Notes: generated by a model from the letters alone, not told the origin. A stretch of 64,000 nucleotides of DNA from Nitrospirota bacterium (GCA_016190245.1 JACPQY010000011.1:35512-99511); one strand, 5' to 3'; counted from the stretch's first letter, positions 28,802 through 40,328 are shown. Numbers and translations: made by a program.

Positions 28802-29149
28802 TTAGCGGCCCTTGTCCTTCTTTCGGTCGAATCGGACGGTGGCCGTCAGAGTCACTTCCATGCCATCCAGAACCTTCTTCGTTTCCTCCGCCACGTTGAC
28901 GTGACGCAGGTAGTCGCCGATCTCCTTGGCCAGAAGGTTCAGGAACTCCTTCTGTGCTTTCTGAACCGATCCGACCGCCGCGCCGATGATCTGTTGAGGC
29001 ACCTTGCCCTCCCTCAGCACGCCCCGCACGGCTCCTTCCGTTGCCGAGAGTGTACCGAGCCCCACCGAGATGGCCCGCTTTAGCAGGCCACCGGAGCGTG
29101 GAGCGGACGCGTCTCCATCTGGATCTGGTTGGCCGGTCCTCCTGGGCAT
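28802..29149 (-). CDS. Hypothetical protein (115 aa)
   Basis: Co-oriented with HNH gene; helical pattern; GC3 bias. Confidence 0.6.
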   Translation of the reverse strand: MPRRTGQPDPDGDASAPRSGGLLKRAISVGLGTLSATEGAVRGVLREGKVPQQIIGAAVGSVQKAQKEFLNLLAKEIGDYLRHVNVAEETKKVLDGMEVTLTATVRFDRKKDKGR

Positions 29150-29256
29150 GACTGTCGGAATGTAGCCCCGATTCCGCTCGAATTCAAGCTCGCGGCAGTC
29201 CCCCCCCCGGCGCGTTCGGCTTCCTTTTGGCAGTGCCTTCTGGTAGTCGTCGAGGC

Positions 29257-30633
29257 ATGGAGAGCATTCTCGGGAGGCGGGCCCGCTCCCACCTCGCCCT
29301 CTGCCTCGCCGTCCTCATCGGGTTCGCGCCGGCGCGTAGAGCTTGGGCCGCGGGCTACACCGTGCCGGACACGGGCGCGCGCGCCCTCGGTCGCGGCGGC
29401 GCGTTCGTGGCGCACCCCACGGATCTCACTGCCTTCTACTACAACCCGGCGGGCCTCAATGCCGTGGAAAACGGCGCGCTCGCCGGCTTGTGGCTGATCC
29501 ACACAAGAGCCTCCTTCCAACGCGCCCCCGAGGGGGGGACCACGTTCGAGAAGGAAGACAACGGCTCCGCCTTCTTCTTCACGATCCCCGCGCTCGTCGT
29601 GGCCCACGATTTCGGCGTGCCCCGCTTCAAGGCCGCGGCCGGATTCGTCACCCCCCTCAGCGGGGGATACAAGTTCGATCGCCGCGGTCCGCAGCGGTAC
29701 TCCGTCATCGATTCCGAGGTCGGCGAGGCCTTCTACGGCGCGGGGGGGGCGTACGAGATCGTGCCGGGACTTTCGCTGGGCGTCGAAGCCCTCTTTACCT
29801 GGATCTACGCCCAGTTCGATCAGGCCTACACCGTGAGCCTCAATCGAGAAGACCACCCGGAGTCGGACGGTTTCTTCCACATGAACGCTGAGGCCGTGAA
29901 CGTGCCCACATTCATGGTCGGTGTTCGTTACGCGCGCGGACGGCTGCACGCCGGCGCTTCCTACCAACCGCCCATCTCTCCGAAACTGAAGGGCGACGTG
30001 TCCGTCCAGCAGGACGCCGACTTCCAAACCATCCCGATCCGGATCGACGCCTCGAAGGGCATCACCGTGCCGCTCGATCTCCCCGCCCAGTTTCGGCTCG
30101 GGCTCGGCTACGAGGTGACCGCCCGCGTCTACGTCGAGGGCAACTTCACTTACACCCAGTGGGAGGATCTCCAGGAACTGGTAGCCGACCTCGAGAGCAG
30201 CACGTTCACTCTTGCCGAGCCGATTCTCGGAATCATCGACAAGATCGACATCAACGACGTGGTCATGCCGCTCAAGTTCGAGAACTCCTACGATGTTCGG
30301 TTGGGGGCCGACTGGCACGTTCTGCCCGCGTGGACCCTCCGGGCGGGCGGCCTCTACGAGACCTCGGCTATTCCGCCGCAGACGCAAACCCCTTCCCTCC
30401 AAGACGCGCCTAAGCTCCTCCTGGCCACTGGCGCAACATGGTCCGTTGCTCGCTGGTCGTTCGATCTAGGCCTGGGATACCTCTTCTACGAGGACCGCAC
30501 TGTTGAAGACAGCGAGGTCGAGTGGGTCAACGCGCTGGAGGATATGAATCTGGGACCCGCCAAGTCCGTCGGCAATGGCACGTACGAGCACGCCATCTCC
30601 AACCTCTCTCTGGCTGCAACCTATCGGTGGTAG
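29257..30633 (+). CDS. FadL/OmpP1 outer-membrane transport protein
   Basis: Signal peptide, GARALGRGGAFVA...YYNPAGL, C-terminal YRW. Confidence 0.9.
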   Translation: MESILGRRARSHLALCLAVLIGFAPARRAWAAGYTVPDTGARALGRGGAFVAHPTDLTAFYYNPAGLNAVENGALAGLWLIHTRASFQRAPEGGTTFEKEDNGSAFFFTIPALVVAHDFGVPRFKAAAGFVTPLSGGYKFDRRGPQRYSVIDSEVGEAFYGAGGAYEIVPGLSLGVEALFTWIYAQFDQAYTVSLNREDHPESDGFFHMNAEAVNVPTFMVGVRYARGRLHAGASYQPPISPKLKGDVSVQQDADFQTIPIRIDASKGITVPLDLPAQFRLGLGYEVTARVYVEGNFTYTQWEDLQELVADLESSTFTLAEPILGIIDKIDINDVVMPLKFENSYDVRLGADWHVLPAWTLRAGGLYETSAIPPQTQTPSLQDAPKLLLATGATWSVARWSFDLGLGYLFYEDRTVEDSEVEWVNALEDMNLGPAKSVGNGTYEHAISNLSLAATYRW

Positions 30634-30716
30634 GTGGTGACACGCGTCTTGTGTCATTGCGAGGGAGCGCATCGACCGAAGAAACCTCGGACGTGCTCTA
30701 TGACACAGATTGCAAA

Positions 30717-32813
30717 ATGAAGCCTGACCCCACGGTGACGTTCTGCAGGGTTTGTGAGCCGGGCTGCGGCCTGACCGTCACGCGCGATGAAGAAGGCCGC
30801 CCCACGGGCTTGAGGCCGGACCGGTCGCATCCCGGCACGCTCGGATTCGCCTGCGCTCTGGGGACGCAATTCCTCGCCACGGCCACCCACCCCTCGCGGA
30901 TACTCGCTCCGCTTCTCAGGGATGAGTCCGGCGAACTCGTCGCCGCGCGCTGGGAGGCCGCTCTCGACCAAGTCGGCCGAACCCTCGAGCGAATCCGAAA
31001 AGAGCACGGCCCCCACAGCATCGGCGTCTACATGGGTGAACCGGCAGGTTACGGCCTGATGACGCTGCTGGCCACCCCGGCGTTTGTGAAGGCCATCGGT
31101 ACGCGCAACGCCTTCAGCTCCGCCCCGCAGGATTGCAACAACAAGTTCTGGGCCGCGCGCGAGATCTACGGCCACGAGGCAATCCACCCGATCCCGGACT
31201 TCGATCGCTGCGACCTCGCCGTGATCGCGGGGATGAACCCGATGGTCAGCAAGGGAAGCTATCTGTTCCTCCCCCACGGCATGGAGAAGATCCGGGCCGT
31301 CGAGAAACGTGGGGGGCGCGTCTGGTGGATTGATCCACGGCGGACCGAGAGCGTACGATCAGTGGGACGGCACCTGCCGATTCGCCCCGGCACGGACGCG
31401 TTGCTCCTCACGTGGCTCGTCCAGCAGGTGGCACAGACACCAGGGTGGGCCGAGGCGGTGAAGATCACCCCTACGTTGAACCCTCTCCTGGCCGATCTGC
31501 CCGCCGTGTCGTTGGACGATCTGGCGCGCATGACGGATCTCGACCCCAAAGCCATTCTCTCCCTTCGGGATGACCTCCTCCAAGCACGCTCGCCCATCAT
31601 CCACATGAGCGTGGGGGTCAACTTCGGGCCCTTCGGGTCGCTCTGCTACGTCCTCCTCCACGCTCTCATGCTGGGGTTGGGCAACGTGGATCGCGACGGC
31701 GGGTGGCTGTATCACCCGTTCGGCCTTTGGCTGGGCCGGCACAGCAAACTCCTGGGGATCGGCACTCAACGCGCAAAGAGCCGGATCGGCGGCTTCGAAC
31801 CCGTCCTCGATTCCCAGCCGGGCGCGATCCTCGCCGGCGAAATCCTCACACCGGGTCCGGATCGCATCCGCGCTCTGATCGTGATTGCCGGCAACCCGCT
31901 CTGGTCCATCCCCGGAGAAACGAAACTCAGAGAAGCCCTCAAGGCCCTCGACCTGCTGATCGTTATTGACCTCTTCCGCGGCCAAACGGCGGAACTGGCG
32001 CACGCGATCTTGCCCGGGCGCACTTGGCTGGAGCGGGCGGATTTTTCCACGCTCGGCACGGTGATCCAGAACCGCACGTGGCTCTCCTACTCGGCGCCGG
32101 TGCTCGAGCCGTTGGGCGAATCGAAATCCGAATGGGAGATCCTGTTTCGCATCCTATCGGCAATGCATGTCGGCGGGCCCTTCCGAAGGCTTCTCCACGG
32201 GGCGCTCGCGCGGTGGGACCACGACCGATGGCTTGTCAGAGCCCAAGCGCTCCTTCGCCGACTTTTCGATCGCCATGGACAAGGGAAGGGCCGGGCGATC
32301 CCGGTCGCCGGTCCATCGGCACAGGGAAACGCGAGCCGGGCTTCCCTCCATCCCGATCACACACTCCACCTCTGCACCCCGAACATCCTTGCCGAGACCA
32401 AGCGGTTTGTAGCGTGGTTCAGTCAGATCCGCTCAGAAACCCCAAGCCTCCATGGAGAAGACGGCTGGATCCCCGTGAGCCTGATCGGCCGGCGCCGGTC
32501 GCTCATGTACAATAGCTGGCATGGATCGGACGGTCCCGGCGGGGGCGACGGCACCGCACTTGTCCATCCAGCCACCGCGGCCCGGATCGGCCTTGCAACG
32601 GGTCAGCTCTTGGAGCTTCGATCCAACGGCGGCGAGACGCTGAAGATGTCATGGGAAGCATCGGATGGCCTACCCGAGAGTGTCGTTTCCGTTCCCCACG
32701 GACTCACCACCATCAATGTCAATCGCCTGCTCCCCTCCGGTGCGGAGTGGGTCGAACCCCTGAGCGGCCAGCACATCATGACCGGAATTCCGGCCTCTGC
32801 TCGTCGCGCCTGA
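30717..32813 (+). CDS. Molybdopterin-dependent oxidoreductase
   Basis: CRVCEPGCG...C, IDPRRTE, PIRPGTD, AGNP, TAELAH.ILP, C-terminal dinucleotide-binding domain. Confidence 0.88.
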   Translation: MKPDPTVTFCRVCEPGCGLTVTRDEEGRPTGLRPDRSHPGTLGFACALGTQFLATATHPSRILAPLLRDESGELVAARWEAALDQVGRTLERIRKEHGPHSIGVYMGEPAGYGLMTLLATPAFVKAIGTRNAFSSAPQDCNNKFWAAREIYGHEAIHPIPDFDRCDLAVIAGMNPMVSKGSYLFLPHGMEKIRAVEKRGGRVWWIDPRRTESVRSVGRHLPIRPGTDALLLTWLVQQVAQTPGWAEAVKITPTLNPLLADLPAVSLDDLARMTDLDPKAILSLRDDLLQARSPIIHMSVGVNFGPFGSLCYVLLHALMLGLGNVDRDGGWLYHPFGLWLGRHSKLLGIGTQRAKSRIGGFEPVLDSQPGAILAGEILTPGPDRIRALIVIAGNPLWSIPGETKLREALKALDLLIVIDLFRGQTAELAHAILPGRTWLERADFSTLGTVIQNRTWLSYSAPVLEPLGESKSEWEILFRILSAMHVGGPFRRLLHGALARWDHDRWLVRAQALLRRLFDRHGQGKGRAIPVAGPSAQGNASRASLHPDHTLHLCTPNILAETKRFVAWFSQIRSETPSLHGEDGWIPVSLIGRRRSLMYNSWHGSDGPGGGDGTALVHPATAARIGLATGQLLELRSNGGETLKMSWEASDGLPESVVSVPHGLTTINVNRLLPSGAEWVEPLSGQHIMTGIPASARRA

Positions 32814-32869
32814 GGCGGACTCTCCTTCGCTCCACAACCATCTCCCCGTGCCCAAACAGCCGGAGAAGC

Positions 32870-33922
32870 CTACTGCCGGGGGGGGGAGGCGTAGCGGAAG
32901 ACGGGGAGAGGTTCGACGGTCGCTTCGCGGAGGCGATCGGCGGACGGACCGACGAGGACACGGGACAGATCCTCGTGTCGAGTGGTGACGTAGGCGAGTG
33001 CGATCCACTCCGCCTCGCCCGGCAGCGGGGCCACTGAGCGCACCTCGCCGCAGGGTTTGGGATCGGTCGGTTGCAAGAAGACCGAATCGCCGTTCCGGAC
33101 TTGGCCCGCCCCGGCGATCTTCAGTCGGCGCAAATGTCGTGCGGCTTGGCCGCGCTGAAGGATCCTCGTCACGAACTCCTGCCCCACGTAGCAGCCCTTA
33201 TCGAAGCTGACGGCATAGTCCTCCAGACCGGTTTCGACCAGGAGGTTGGTCGCATCCATGTCCACGCCGTACCGCGGCCAGCCGGCCTCGATCCGGAGCC
33301 CCTCAAACTCTGCTTCTCCCACAGGCGAGATTCCGGGAACAAGACGGCTCAACGCGTCCAAGGCTTCCTCGGCGCGGTCACGTGACACGACCACTTCCAC
33401 GCCCGGCACGCCAAAGCGGTGGAAGCGGATGGCCTCGACTTCGATTGACCCAAGTCGCAGCCGAGTCGTCCAGACGGAGCCGCCTCCCTCCACCCCCCCA
33501 CCCCTACTCTCCCCCTCCGGGGGGGAGGGGGGAAGAACGGCTTCGATGCCCACCCCCTGGAGTGAGAACACAGCCTTCGAGCCGCTCAAGTCTTCGAGTG
33601 CGACATCTTCCGAGACGATGAGCCGACCGAGCCCCTCCAGCAGGGGCGCAACGGGCGCGTAGAAACTGATGAGATCGAACCCGTCCCCCTCGCAAAGCAC
33701 GAGGAAATCGGCCAGCACTTTCCCCTTGTTGGTCAGGAACGCCGAGTAGCAACCCTCCCCCGAGGCAAGATTGCTCACGTCGTTCGTCACCATGTTCTGG
33801 AGGAACTCCCGCGCGTCCGCGCCGGTGACGCGCACGATCCCCGCCGAGGGCCAGACGTACAGTCCCCCCCCCGATGGGAGCCACACGCTCGTCGCGGGCG
33901 CTCCCTGCGACTGGCTGCTCAC
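32870..33922 (-). CDS. ygfZ: Folate-binding YgfZ/GcvT family protein
   Basis: VTGADA..FLQ..VTND, KGCYVGQE signature. Confidence 0.92.
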   Translation of the reverse strand: MSSQSQGAPATSVWLPSGGGLYVWPSAGIVRVTGADAREFLQNMVTNDVSNLASGEGCYSAFLTNKGKVLADFLVLCEGDGFDLISFYAPVAPLLEGLGRLIVSEDVALEDLSGSKAVFSLQGVGIEAVLPPSPPEGESRGGGVEGGGSVWTTRLRLGSIEVEAIRFHRFGVPGVEVVVSRDRAEEALDALSRLVPGISPVGEAEFEGLRIEAGWPRYGVDMDATNLLVETGLEDYAVSFDKGCYVGQEFVTRILQRGQAARHLRRLKIAGAGQVRNGDSVFLQPTDPKPCGEVRSVAPLPGEAEWIALAYVTTRHEDLSRVLVGPSADRLREATVEPLPVFRYASPPRQ

Positions 33923-36576
33923 GCCTTCTCGACGATGGAAGAGAAGGCCTCGAGACCTCTGGTCAGATGCTCCGGCTTCCCGACCCCTTGCGCGAAGTCG
34001 TCCCTCCCCCCGCCCTTCCCTTCCACAACTTTGCAGACTTCTGCCAGCAAGCGCCGTGCAGAGAACATCCCCTGAAGATCGGGCGTCAGGGCCACTACGA
34101 GGTGCCCGCGGTCGGCCTGTCGCGTGGCGAGCAGGACGAGACCGGAACCGAGCCGCGTGCGGATCTTGTCCGAGAGGGCCCGGAGCTGGTCTGGCGTCTT
34201 CCCCTCCGCCGCAAACGCGACCACCTTCACGCTGCCGACCTCCTTTGCCGAGCCGATCGCCCGTTCCACGTCCGCATCGAGCGCGTGAGCGCGCAGGGAT
34301 TCCAACTCCGACCGCAGGCGGCGGTTTTCTTCCACCAACTCGTCAATGCGCCGCGGGACCAGCGTCGTATCCTGAACATTCAAGGCCCCGGCGCTCTTCT
34401 CCAGAGCCTCCGTCAGGCGTTCCAACTCGCGCAGCACACCCTCTCCCGTCACCGCCTGAACCCTGCGGACGCCGGCCCCCACGCCTCCGGACTGCACGAA
34501 CTTGAAAAGACCAATCTCGGATGTAGCTCGGACGTGCGTGCCGCCGCACAACTCGATGCTGAAATCCCCCATCTTCGTCACCCTCACGACGTCGCCGTAC
34601 TTATCACCAAAGAACATGAGGGCGCCCATCTTCTTTGCCTCGTCCATGGAAGCGCTCATGCACTCCACTGCCAGGTTCGCCCGGATCACCGCCTGGACGC
34701 GGTCCTCGATGTGCTTCAACTCGGCCGGGGTGAGGGCCGCAAAGTGGGTGAAGTCGAATCGCAGGCGGGCGGGCTCCACAAGAGAGCCGTACTGGCGCAC
34801 GTGCCGGCCCAGGGTTTCCCTCAATGCGGCGTGCATGAGGTGCGTGGCACTGTGGTTGAGCATCGTCGCGTGGCGCCGGACGGAATCCACCACGAGATCA
34901 ACCTCCGCACCCGGACGGATCTCACCCCGGGTGATCTTCACACGATGGACAATGAATCGCTCCTCGCCGGCCCCCACCGGATGCGTATCCACCACGTCGC
35001 CCTCGGCGTCGGCGGATTTCAGACGGCCGCGATCCCCGACCTGACCGCCGCCCATCGGATAGAATGGGGTGCTGTCGGTCACCACCTCCACCGTGTCGCC
35101 CGCCTTGGCCTGCCGCGCGTCGCGACCCTTGCTCAGGAGGGCGGTGATTCGGGCCGGGTGTTCGAGACGGTCGTAGCCGACGAAGTTGGTTCGCAGTTCT
35201 CCCGCGCGGAGCAGCAGCTCGGGGGCCACACCGCCGGCGTCTCGCGCTTTCCAGGCGCTCTTCCCCATTTCCCGCTGCCGCTCCATCGAGGACTGGAAGC
35301 TCTCTTCATCCAGATGGAGGTTTTCCTCGTCCAGGATCGTCTTCGTCATGTCGAGCGGGAAACCAAAGGTATCGTAGAGGCGGAAGGCCACGTCGCCGGG
35401 CAGCGTTGTCTTTCCCTCGGCCTTGAGGGCTTCAATCTCGACGGCCACGAGTTGGAGTCCCTGGTCCAGCGTCTCCATGAAACGCTCTTCCTCGCTCTTG
35501 ATGACACTCGCGATGAGCGCCGCCTGCGGTGCCACCTCGGGGAACGCCCCTTTCATCAGGTCCACGACGCGGCCGGAAAGTTCGAACAGGTACGGCTCGT
35601 GGATGCCGAGTTTCTTGGCGTGGCGGATCGCGCGGCGCATGAGGCGGCGGAGCACGTACCCCCGCCCCTCATTGGTGGGCACCACGCCGTCTGCAACGAG
35701 AAAAGTCATCGCGCGGATGTGGTCCGCCAGGACGCGGAACGACACATCCATTTTCCCGTCGGCCCCGTAGTCGAGACCCGTGCGGCGGGCGACATCGGAC
35801 AGGAGGGGGGTGAAGAGATCCGTGTCGTAGTTCGAACGCTTCTCCTGAAGGATGGCGACGAGGCGCTCGAGGCCCATGCCCGTGTCCACGTGCTTGGCCG
35901 GGAGTTCGGTCAGCTTCCCGTCCGCCGCCCGATTGAACTGAATGAAGACCAGATTCCAAAGCTCGATGAACCGGCCGCACCCGCAGTTGGGCCCGCACGA
36001 GGGTTTGCCGCACCCCGTCTCCGCGCCCCTGTCGTAGTGGATCTCCGAGCACGGGCCGCACGGACCGGTCTCCCCCATCTCCCAGAAATTGTCCTTCTCG
36101 CCGAAAGGCAGGACACGGCTCACGGGGACGCCCGTGACTTTCGGCCACAGCCCCGCGGCCTCCGCATCGTCCCTATACACCGAGGCCCAGAGACGATCTT
36201 TTTCGAGCCCGTACACGCGCGTGAGGAGATCCCAGCCCCACGCGATCGCCTCTTTCTTGTAGTAATCGCCGAACGACCAGTTGCCGAGCATCTCGAAAAA
36301 GGTGTGGTGGTACGTATCCTTCCCGACGTCCTCGAGGTCGTTGTGCTTCCCGCTCACGCGCAGGCAGCGCTGGGAGTTGGCCGCGCGCCGGTAGGGCCGA
36401 GTCTCGACCCCTTGGAAGACGCCCTTGAATTGCACCATCCCCGAGTTGGTGAACAGGAGCGTGGGGTCGCCCGCGGGGATGAGAGGGATGCTGTGCGCGT
36501 ACGCGTGCCCCTGCGTCTGCGTGAAGTAGTCGATGAACGATCCACGGATTTCGGCGGAAGAGCGCGAAGTGGTCAT
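33919..36576 (-). CDS. alaS: Alanine--tRNA ligase
   Basis: DPTLLFTNSGM, HHTFFEMLGNWSFGDY, DTGMGLERL, NHSATHL, ELCGGTHV, GKGGG. Confidence 0.99.
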   Translation of the reverse strand: MTTSRSSAEIRGSFIDYFTQTQGHAYAHSIPLIPAGDPTLLFTNSGMVQFKGVFQGVETRPYRRAANSQRCLRVSGKHNDLEDVGKDTYHHTFFEMLGNWSFGDYYKKEAIAWGWDLLTRVYGLEKDRLWASVYRDDAEAAGLWPKVTGVPVSRVLPFGEKDNFWEMGETGPCGPCSEIHYDRGAETGCGKPSCGPNCGCGRFIELWNLVFIQFNRAADGKLTELPAKHVDTGMGLERLVAILQEKRSNYDTDLFTPLLSDVARRTGLDYGADGKMDVSFRVLADHIRAMTFLVADGVVPTNEGRGYVLRRLMRRAIRHAKKLGIHEPYLFELSGRVVDLMKGAFPEVAPQAALIASVIKSEEERFMETLDQGLQLVAVEIEALKAEGKTTLPGDVAFRLYDTFGFPLDMTKTILDEENLHLDEESFQSSMERQREMGKSAWKARDAGGVAPELLLRAGELRTNFVGYDRLEHPARITALLSKGRDARQAKAGDTVEVVTDSTPFYPMGGGQVGDRGRLKSADAEGDVVDTHPVGAGEERFIVHRVKITRGEIRPGAEVDLVVDSVRRHATMLNHSATHLMHAALRETLGRHVRQYGSLVEPARLRFDFTHFAALTPAELKHIEDRVQAVIRANLAVECMSASMDEAKKMGALMFFGDKYGDVVRVTKMGDFSIELCGGTHVRATSEIGLFKFVQSGGVGAGVRRVQAVTGEGVLRELERLTEALEKSAGALNVQDTTLVPRRIDELVEENRRLRSELESLRAHALDADVERAIGSAKEVGSVKVVAFAAEGKTPDQLRALSDKIRTRLGSGLVLLATRQADRGHLVVALTPDLQGMFSARRLLAEVCKVVEGKGGGRDDFAQGVGKPEHLTRGLEAFSSIVEKA

Positions 36577-36644
36577 TTCGGGCTTCCTGTGGAGAGTACT
36601 CGGTTCGGCGCGATCATCGGGGGGTGGACCTTCTCGGGCAAGCG

Positions 36645-37790
36645 CTACAGATCGATCGAGACTTCCGGGTCACCCTTCCCCGACTGTTCGAAATCCTTCC
36701 ACACCTGCTCTTCGCCCACGCCGCCCACGCCCTTGACGCGCAACGCGAAGTCATCGGGGTTCGTGCAGTTCCGGAGCGCCTCCTCATACGAGATGACCTG
36801 CTTGGAGTACATCTCCATGATCGCCTGGTCGAAGGTCTGCATGCCGTAGGAGGAGTGGCCCTTTGCCACGAACTGGGGGATCTCCTTCGTACGATCCTGA
36901 TTCATGACGCATTCGCGGATCGCCGAGTTGACGACCAGCACCTCGACGGCGGCGACCCGACCCTTCCCATCCGCGCGCGGGAGTAGCCGCTGCGAGATCA
37001 CACCCCTGAGCACGGCGGAAAGCTGGAATCGAACCTGCTGGTGCTGGTGGAGGGGAAAGAAAGAGATGATGCGGTTCACCGTCTCGGCGGCATCGAGCGT
37101 GTGGACGGTGGAAAGGACGAGGTGACCCGTCTCCGCCGCCTGGAGTCCCACCTCCACGGTCTCCGTGTCCCGCATCTCACCCACCATGATGACGTCCGGA
37201 TCCTGCCTCAGGGCACTGCGGAGCCCGGCGGCAAACGAGGAGGTGTCCTGTCCCACCTCGCGCTGCGTTACGATGCTCTTCTTGTCCTTAAGCAGGAACT
37301 CGATGGGATCCTCGATGGTGATGACGTGGCTCGTCCGGCGGGAGTTGATGCGCTCCAGCATGGCGGCGAGGGTGGTGGACTTGCCGCTCCCGGTGGTGCC
37401 CGTGACGAGGATGAGGCCACGTTGGGCATCGGCGAGTTTCTCGACGACCTTGGGCAAACCGAGAGCGTCGATGCTGCCCACGCCGTATGGCACTACGCGC
37501 AGCGCCATTTCGATGGTGCCGCGCTGGTGGAAGATGTTGCCCCGGAATCGGCCGAGACCGGCTACGCTGATGGCAAGGTCCACCTCGTGGAGCCGTTCGA
37601 GCTTGATCTTCTGCTCGTCGGTCATCAGCTCGTACGCGCAACGCGTGAGCTCTTCCTGACTCATCACCTTGCCGTTCTTGATCGGGACGAGGCGGCCGTT
37701 GATGCGCAGGATCGGGATGCCTCCGACCTTGAAGTGGACGTCGGACGCGCCGACCTGGAGGGCGAAACGGAGATACGGCTCGAGGGTCAT
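36645..37790 (-). CDS. pilT: Type IV pilus retraction ATPase PilT/PilU family
   Basis: GTTGSGKSTT, TIEDPIE, ALRQDPD..MVGEMRD, AETGH, GMQTFDQ. Confidence 0.92.
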   Translation of the reverse strand: MTLEPYLRFALQVGASDVHFKVGGIPILRINGRLVPIKNGKVMSQEELTRCAYELMTDEQKIKLERLHEVDLAISVAGLGRFRGNIFHQRGTIEMALRVVPYGVGSIDALGLPKVVEKLADAQRGLILVTGTTGSGKSTTLAAMLERINSRRTSHVITIEDPIEFLLKDKKSIVTQREVGQDTSSFAAGLRSALRQDPDVIMVGEMRDTETVEVGLQAAETGHLVLSTVHTLDAAETVNRIISFFPLHQHQQVRFQLSAVLRGVISQRLLPRADGKGRVAAVEVLVVNSAIRECVMNQDRTKEIPQFVAKGHSSYGMQTFDQAIMEMYSKQVISYEEALRNCTNPDDFALRVKGVGGVGEEQVWKDFEQSGKGDPEVSIDL

Positions 37791-37832
37791 GGAGCTGGGT
37801 CGGCCGGCACCCGCCGTGACGGGCGCAGCCGC

Positions 37833-38978
37833 CTATCGGGGCTTCGCGTGGGCGGCCTCCTTGTCTGTTCGCACGGTGGGCGGCACCGGTGCCTTCACCG
37901 CATGTCCATCTTTCCCGCCGTCCTTTGAAGCAGCCAGCGCGGCGGCCTCGGCAACGGAGGGCGCCTCGGCAGGCGCAGGCCGCTTGATCCCGGCCGCGGC
38001 CAGGACCTTCTTCTCGATCTCGCGCGTAATTTCCGGATGCTCCATGAGGAACATCCTGGCGTTCTCCCGGCCCTGTCCGAGCCGCTCCTTGCCGAACGTG
38101 TACCACGTCCCCGTCTTCTCGAGGACCTTATGTGTCACGCCCAAATCCAGCAGGTCGGCCTCGCGCGAGATGCCCTGGCCATAGAGCAGGTCGAACTCGG
38201 CCTCGCGGAAGGGCGGCGCCACCTTGTTCTTCACCACGCGCACCCGCACGCGGTTACCCACCACCTGCTCGCCCTCCTTGAGCGACTGCACGCGGCGGAT
38301 GTCCATCCGGATCGAGGCGTAGAACTTGAGCGCGTTGCCGCCCGTTGTGGTCTCTGGGTTGCCGAAGAGGACGCCGATCTTCATCCGGATCTGGTTGATG
38401 AAAACGATGATCGAGTTGGAGCGGGAGATGGTGGCCGTGAGCTTGCGTAGCGCCTGGGACATGAGCCGCGCCTGCACGCCCATCTGGGGGTCCCCCATGT
38501 CGCCCTCGAGCTCGCTCTTGGGCACGAGCGCCGCCACGGAATCAATTACGACCACGTCCACCGCCCCGCTGCGGATCAGCGTGTCCGCGATCTCGAGCGC
38601 CTGCTCGCCGTTGTCGGGCTGGGAGAGGAGGAGATCGTCCGTCTGCACGCCCAACTTCTTCGCGTAGCCGACATCCAGCGCATGCTCGGCATCAATGAAG
38701 GCCGCGGTCCCTCCTTCGCGCTGCGCCTCGGCAATCGCGTGGAGGGCGAGGGTCGTCTTGCCGCCGGACTCGGGACCGTACACTTCGATCACGCGGCCGC
38801 GGGGGTAGCCCCCCACGCCCAACGCGATGTCCAGTCCGATCGCCCCGGAAGGGATGACCTGGATGTCGCGGGCCAGCGCATCCGTGCCGAGTTTCATCAC
38901 GGCGCCTTTTCCGAAATTCTTCTCGATCTGGGACAACGCGAGGTCGAGTGCCCGCTTTCGTTCCTGCTTGTCGATCAT
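37833..38978 (-). CDS. recA: Recombinase A
   Basis: [36 protein letters not shown]. Confidence 0.99.
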   Translation of the reverse strand: MIDKQERKRALDLALSQIEKNFGKGAVMKLGTDALARDIQVIPSGAIGLDIALGVGGYPRGRVIEVYGPESGGKTTLALHAIAEAQREGGTAAFIDAEHALDVGYAKKLGVQTDDLLLSQPDNGEQALEIADTLIRSGAVDVVVIDSVAALVPKSELEGDMGDPQMGVQARLMSQALRKLTATISRSNSIIVFINQIRMKIGVLFGNPETTTGGNALKFYASIRMDIRRVQSLKEGEQVVGNRVRVRVVKNKVAPPFREAEFDLLYGQGISREADLLDLGVTHKVLEKTGTWYTFGKERLGQGRENARMFLMEHPEITREIEKKVLAAAGIKRPAPAEAPSVAEAAALAASKDGGKDGHAVKAPVPPTVRTDKEAAHAKPR

Positions 38979-39104
38979 GACTCCCCCTTTCGCCCGCCAC
39001 GATGCACCGCAAAGCCTAGCACGTTCCCGCGGGGCTGACCACTTGCACCGGGAGGGGAATCCAGTGGGGGCCATTTGATCGCAACTCGCCTTCGATCTAC
39101 CATC

Positions 39105-39554
39105 ATGCCCGTGTCCCAGCCCGATACCGATGCCCCAGCCGAAATCCTCCGCGGCGCCAAGACGATTGCCGTGGTCGGCCTCTCGGCGGATCCCGAGAAG
39201 GACAGCCAGGTGATCGCACGATACCTGCGCGACCAGGGCTACCGTGTGATCGGCGTCAGCCCCAACCCCAAGCTCAGGGCCGTCTGGCCCGACTCCGTCG
39301 CGCGCCTTTCCGAGATTCGCGAGCCCGTGGACATCGTCAATCTGTTCCTCCGGTCGGAGGCGGTGGCGCCGGTCGTGGATGAAGCGATCGCGGCGGGGGC
39401 GAAGGCGATCTGGATGCAGATCGGGGTCACCAACGAGGCAGCGGGGGCCAAGGCGGAGAAAGCCGGCCTCAAGGTGGTGATGAACACCTGCATCCGGACG
39501 GCCCATTCGCTGCACGTCCGATCGCGCGCGGGCCAGCCATCTTCCCACGTATGA
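39105..39554 (+). CDS. CoA-binding protein (YccU-like)
   Basis: [25 protein letters not shown]. Confidence 0.9.
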   Translation: MPVSQPDTDAPAEILRGAKTIAVVGLSADPEKDSQVIARYLRDQGYRVIGVSPNPKLRAVWPDSVARLSEIREPVDIVNLFLRSEAVAPVVDEAIAAGAKAIWMQIGVTNEAAGAKAEKAGLKVVMNTCIRTAHSLHVRSRAGQPSSHV

Positions 39555-40258
39555 GCACCCTGCCCTCCCACTCCGAGGACCTCGCCCCTTTCCTCACCCC
39601 GGGCGAGTTCGTGGACTGCGGCCACCCCGACGTGATCGCGTTCGCACGGGACGCGGCGGCCTCTGCACCCTCCGACCGGGAGAAAGCCATCCGTCTCTTC
39701 AACGCGGTACGCGACGGCATCCGCTACGACCCCTACTCCTTCGAGGCGAATACGGAGATCTTCAAGGCGAGTACCACCCTTCGCCGCGGCGTGGGATATT
39801 GCATTCCCAAGGCGGTGCTGCTCGCTGCATCGGCGAGGGTCCTCGGCATCCCGGCACGCCTCGCGTTTGCCGACGTCCGCAACCACCTGACCACCCCTCG
39901 ACTGCGCGAGCGGATGGGCACGGATATCTTCTACTATCACGGCTTCAGCGAGCTGTACCTCGGCGAGCGGTGGATCCGTGCCACACCCACGTTCAATCTC
40001 TCCCTCTGCGAGAAGTTCGGTGTGAAGCCGCTCGATTTCGACGGCGAGCACGACGCCCTCTTTCATCCGTTCGACAAGGAGGGCCGTCGCCACATGGAGT
40101 ACCTTCGCTATCACGGCAGTTTTGCCGACCTGCCCCTGCCCATGCTCGTGGAGGGCTTTCTGCGCAACTATCCCAACTTTGCGGAACGCCTTCAGGAGAC
40201 CGGGAAACAGGAGGGCGACTTCGAGAAGGAAGCCGCGACGACCTCCGACCTCGCCTGA
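39551..40258 (+). CDS. Transglutaminase-like family protein
   Basis: [32 protein letters not shown]. Confidence 0.9.
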   Translation: MSTLPSHSEDLAPFLTPGEFVDCGHPDVIAFARDAAASAPSDREKAIRLFNAVRDGIRYDPYSFEANTEIFKASTTLRRGVGYCIPKAVLLAASARVLGIPARLAFADVRNHLTTPRLRERMGTDIFYYHGFSELYLGERWIRATPTFNLSLCEKFGVKPLDFDGEHDALFHPFDKEGRRHMEYLRYHGSFADLPLPMLVEGFLRNYPNFAERLQETGKQEGDFEKEAATTSDLA

Positions 40259-40328
40259 GCCGAGTGGCTCGCGTCAACCGCCCCACCGCCCAGCACCGAC
40301 CGACGATCAGTCAGCGTTCATCCCGGGA

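Noticed and set aside
36645-38978. pilT between recA and alaS as a novel association
   Set aside because: This arrangement is familiar from delta-proteobacterial genomes
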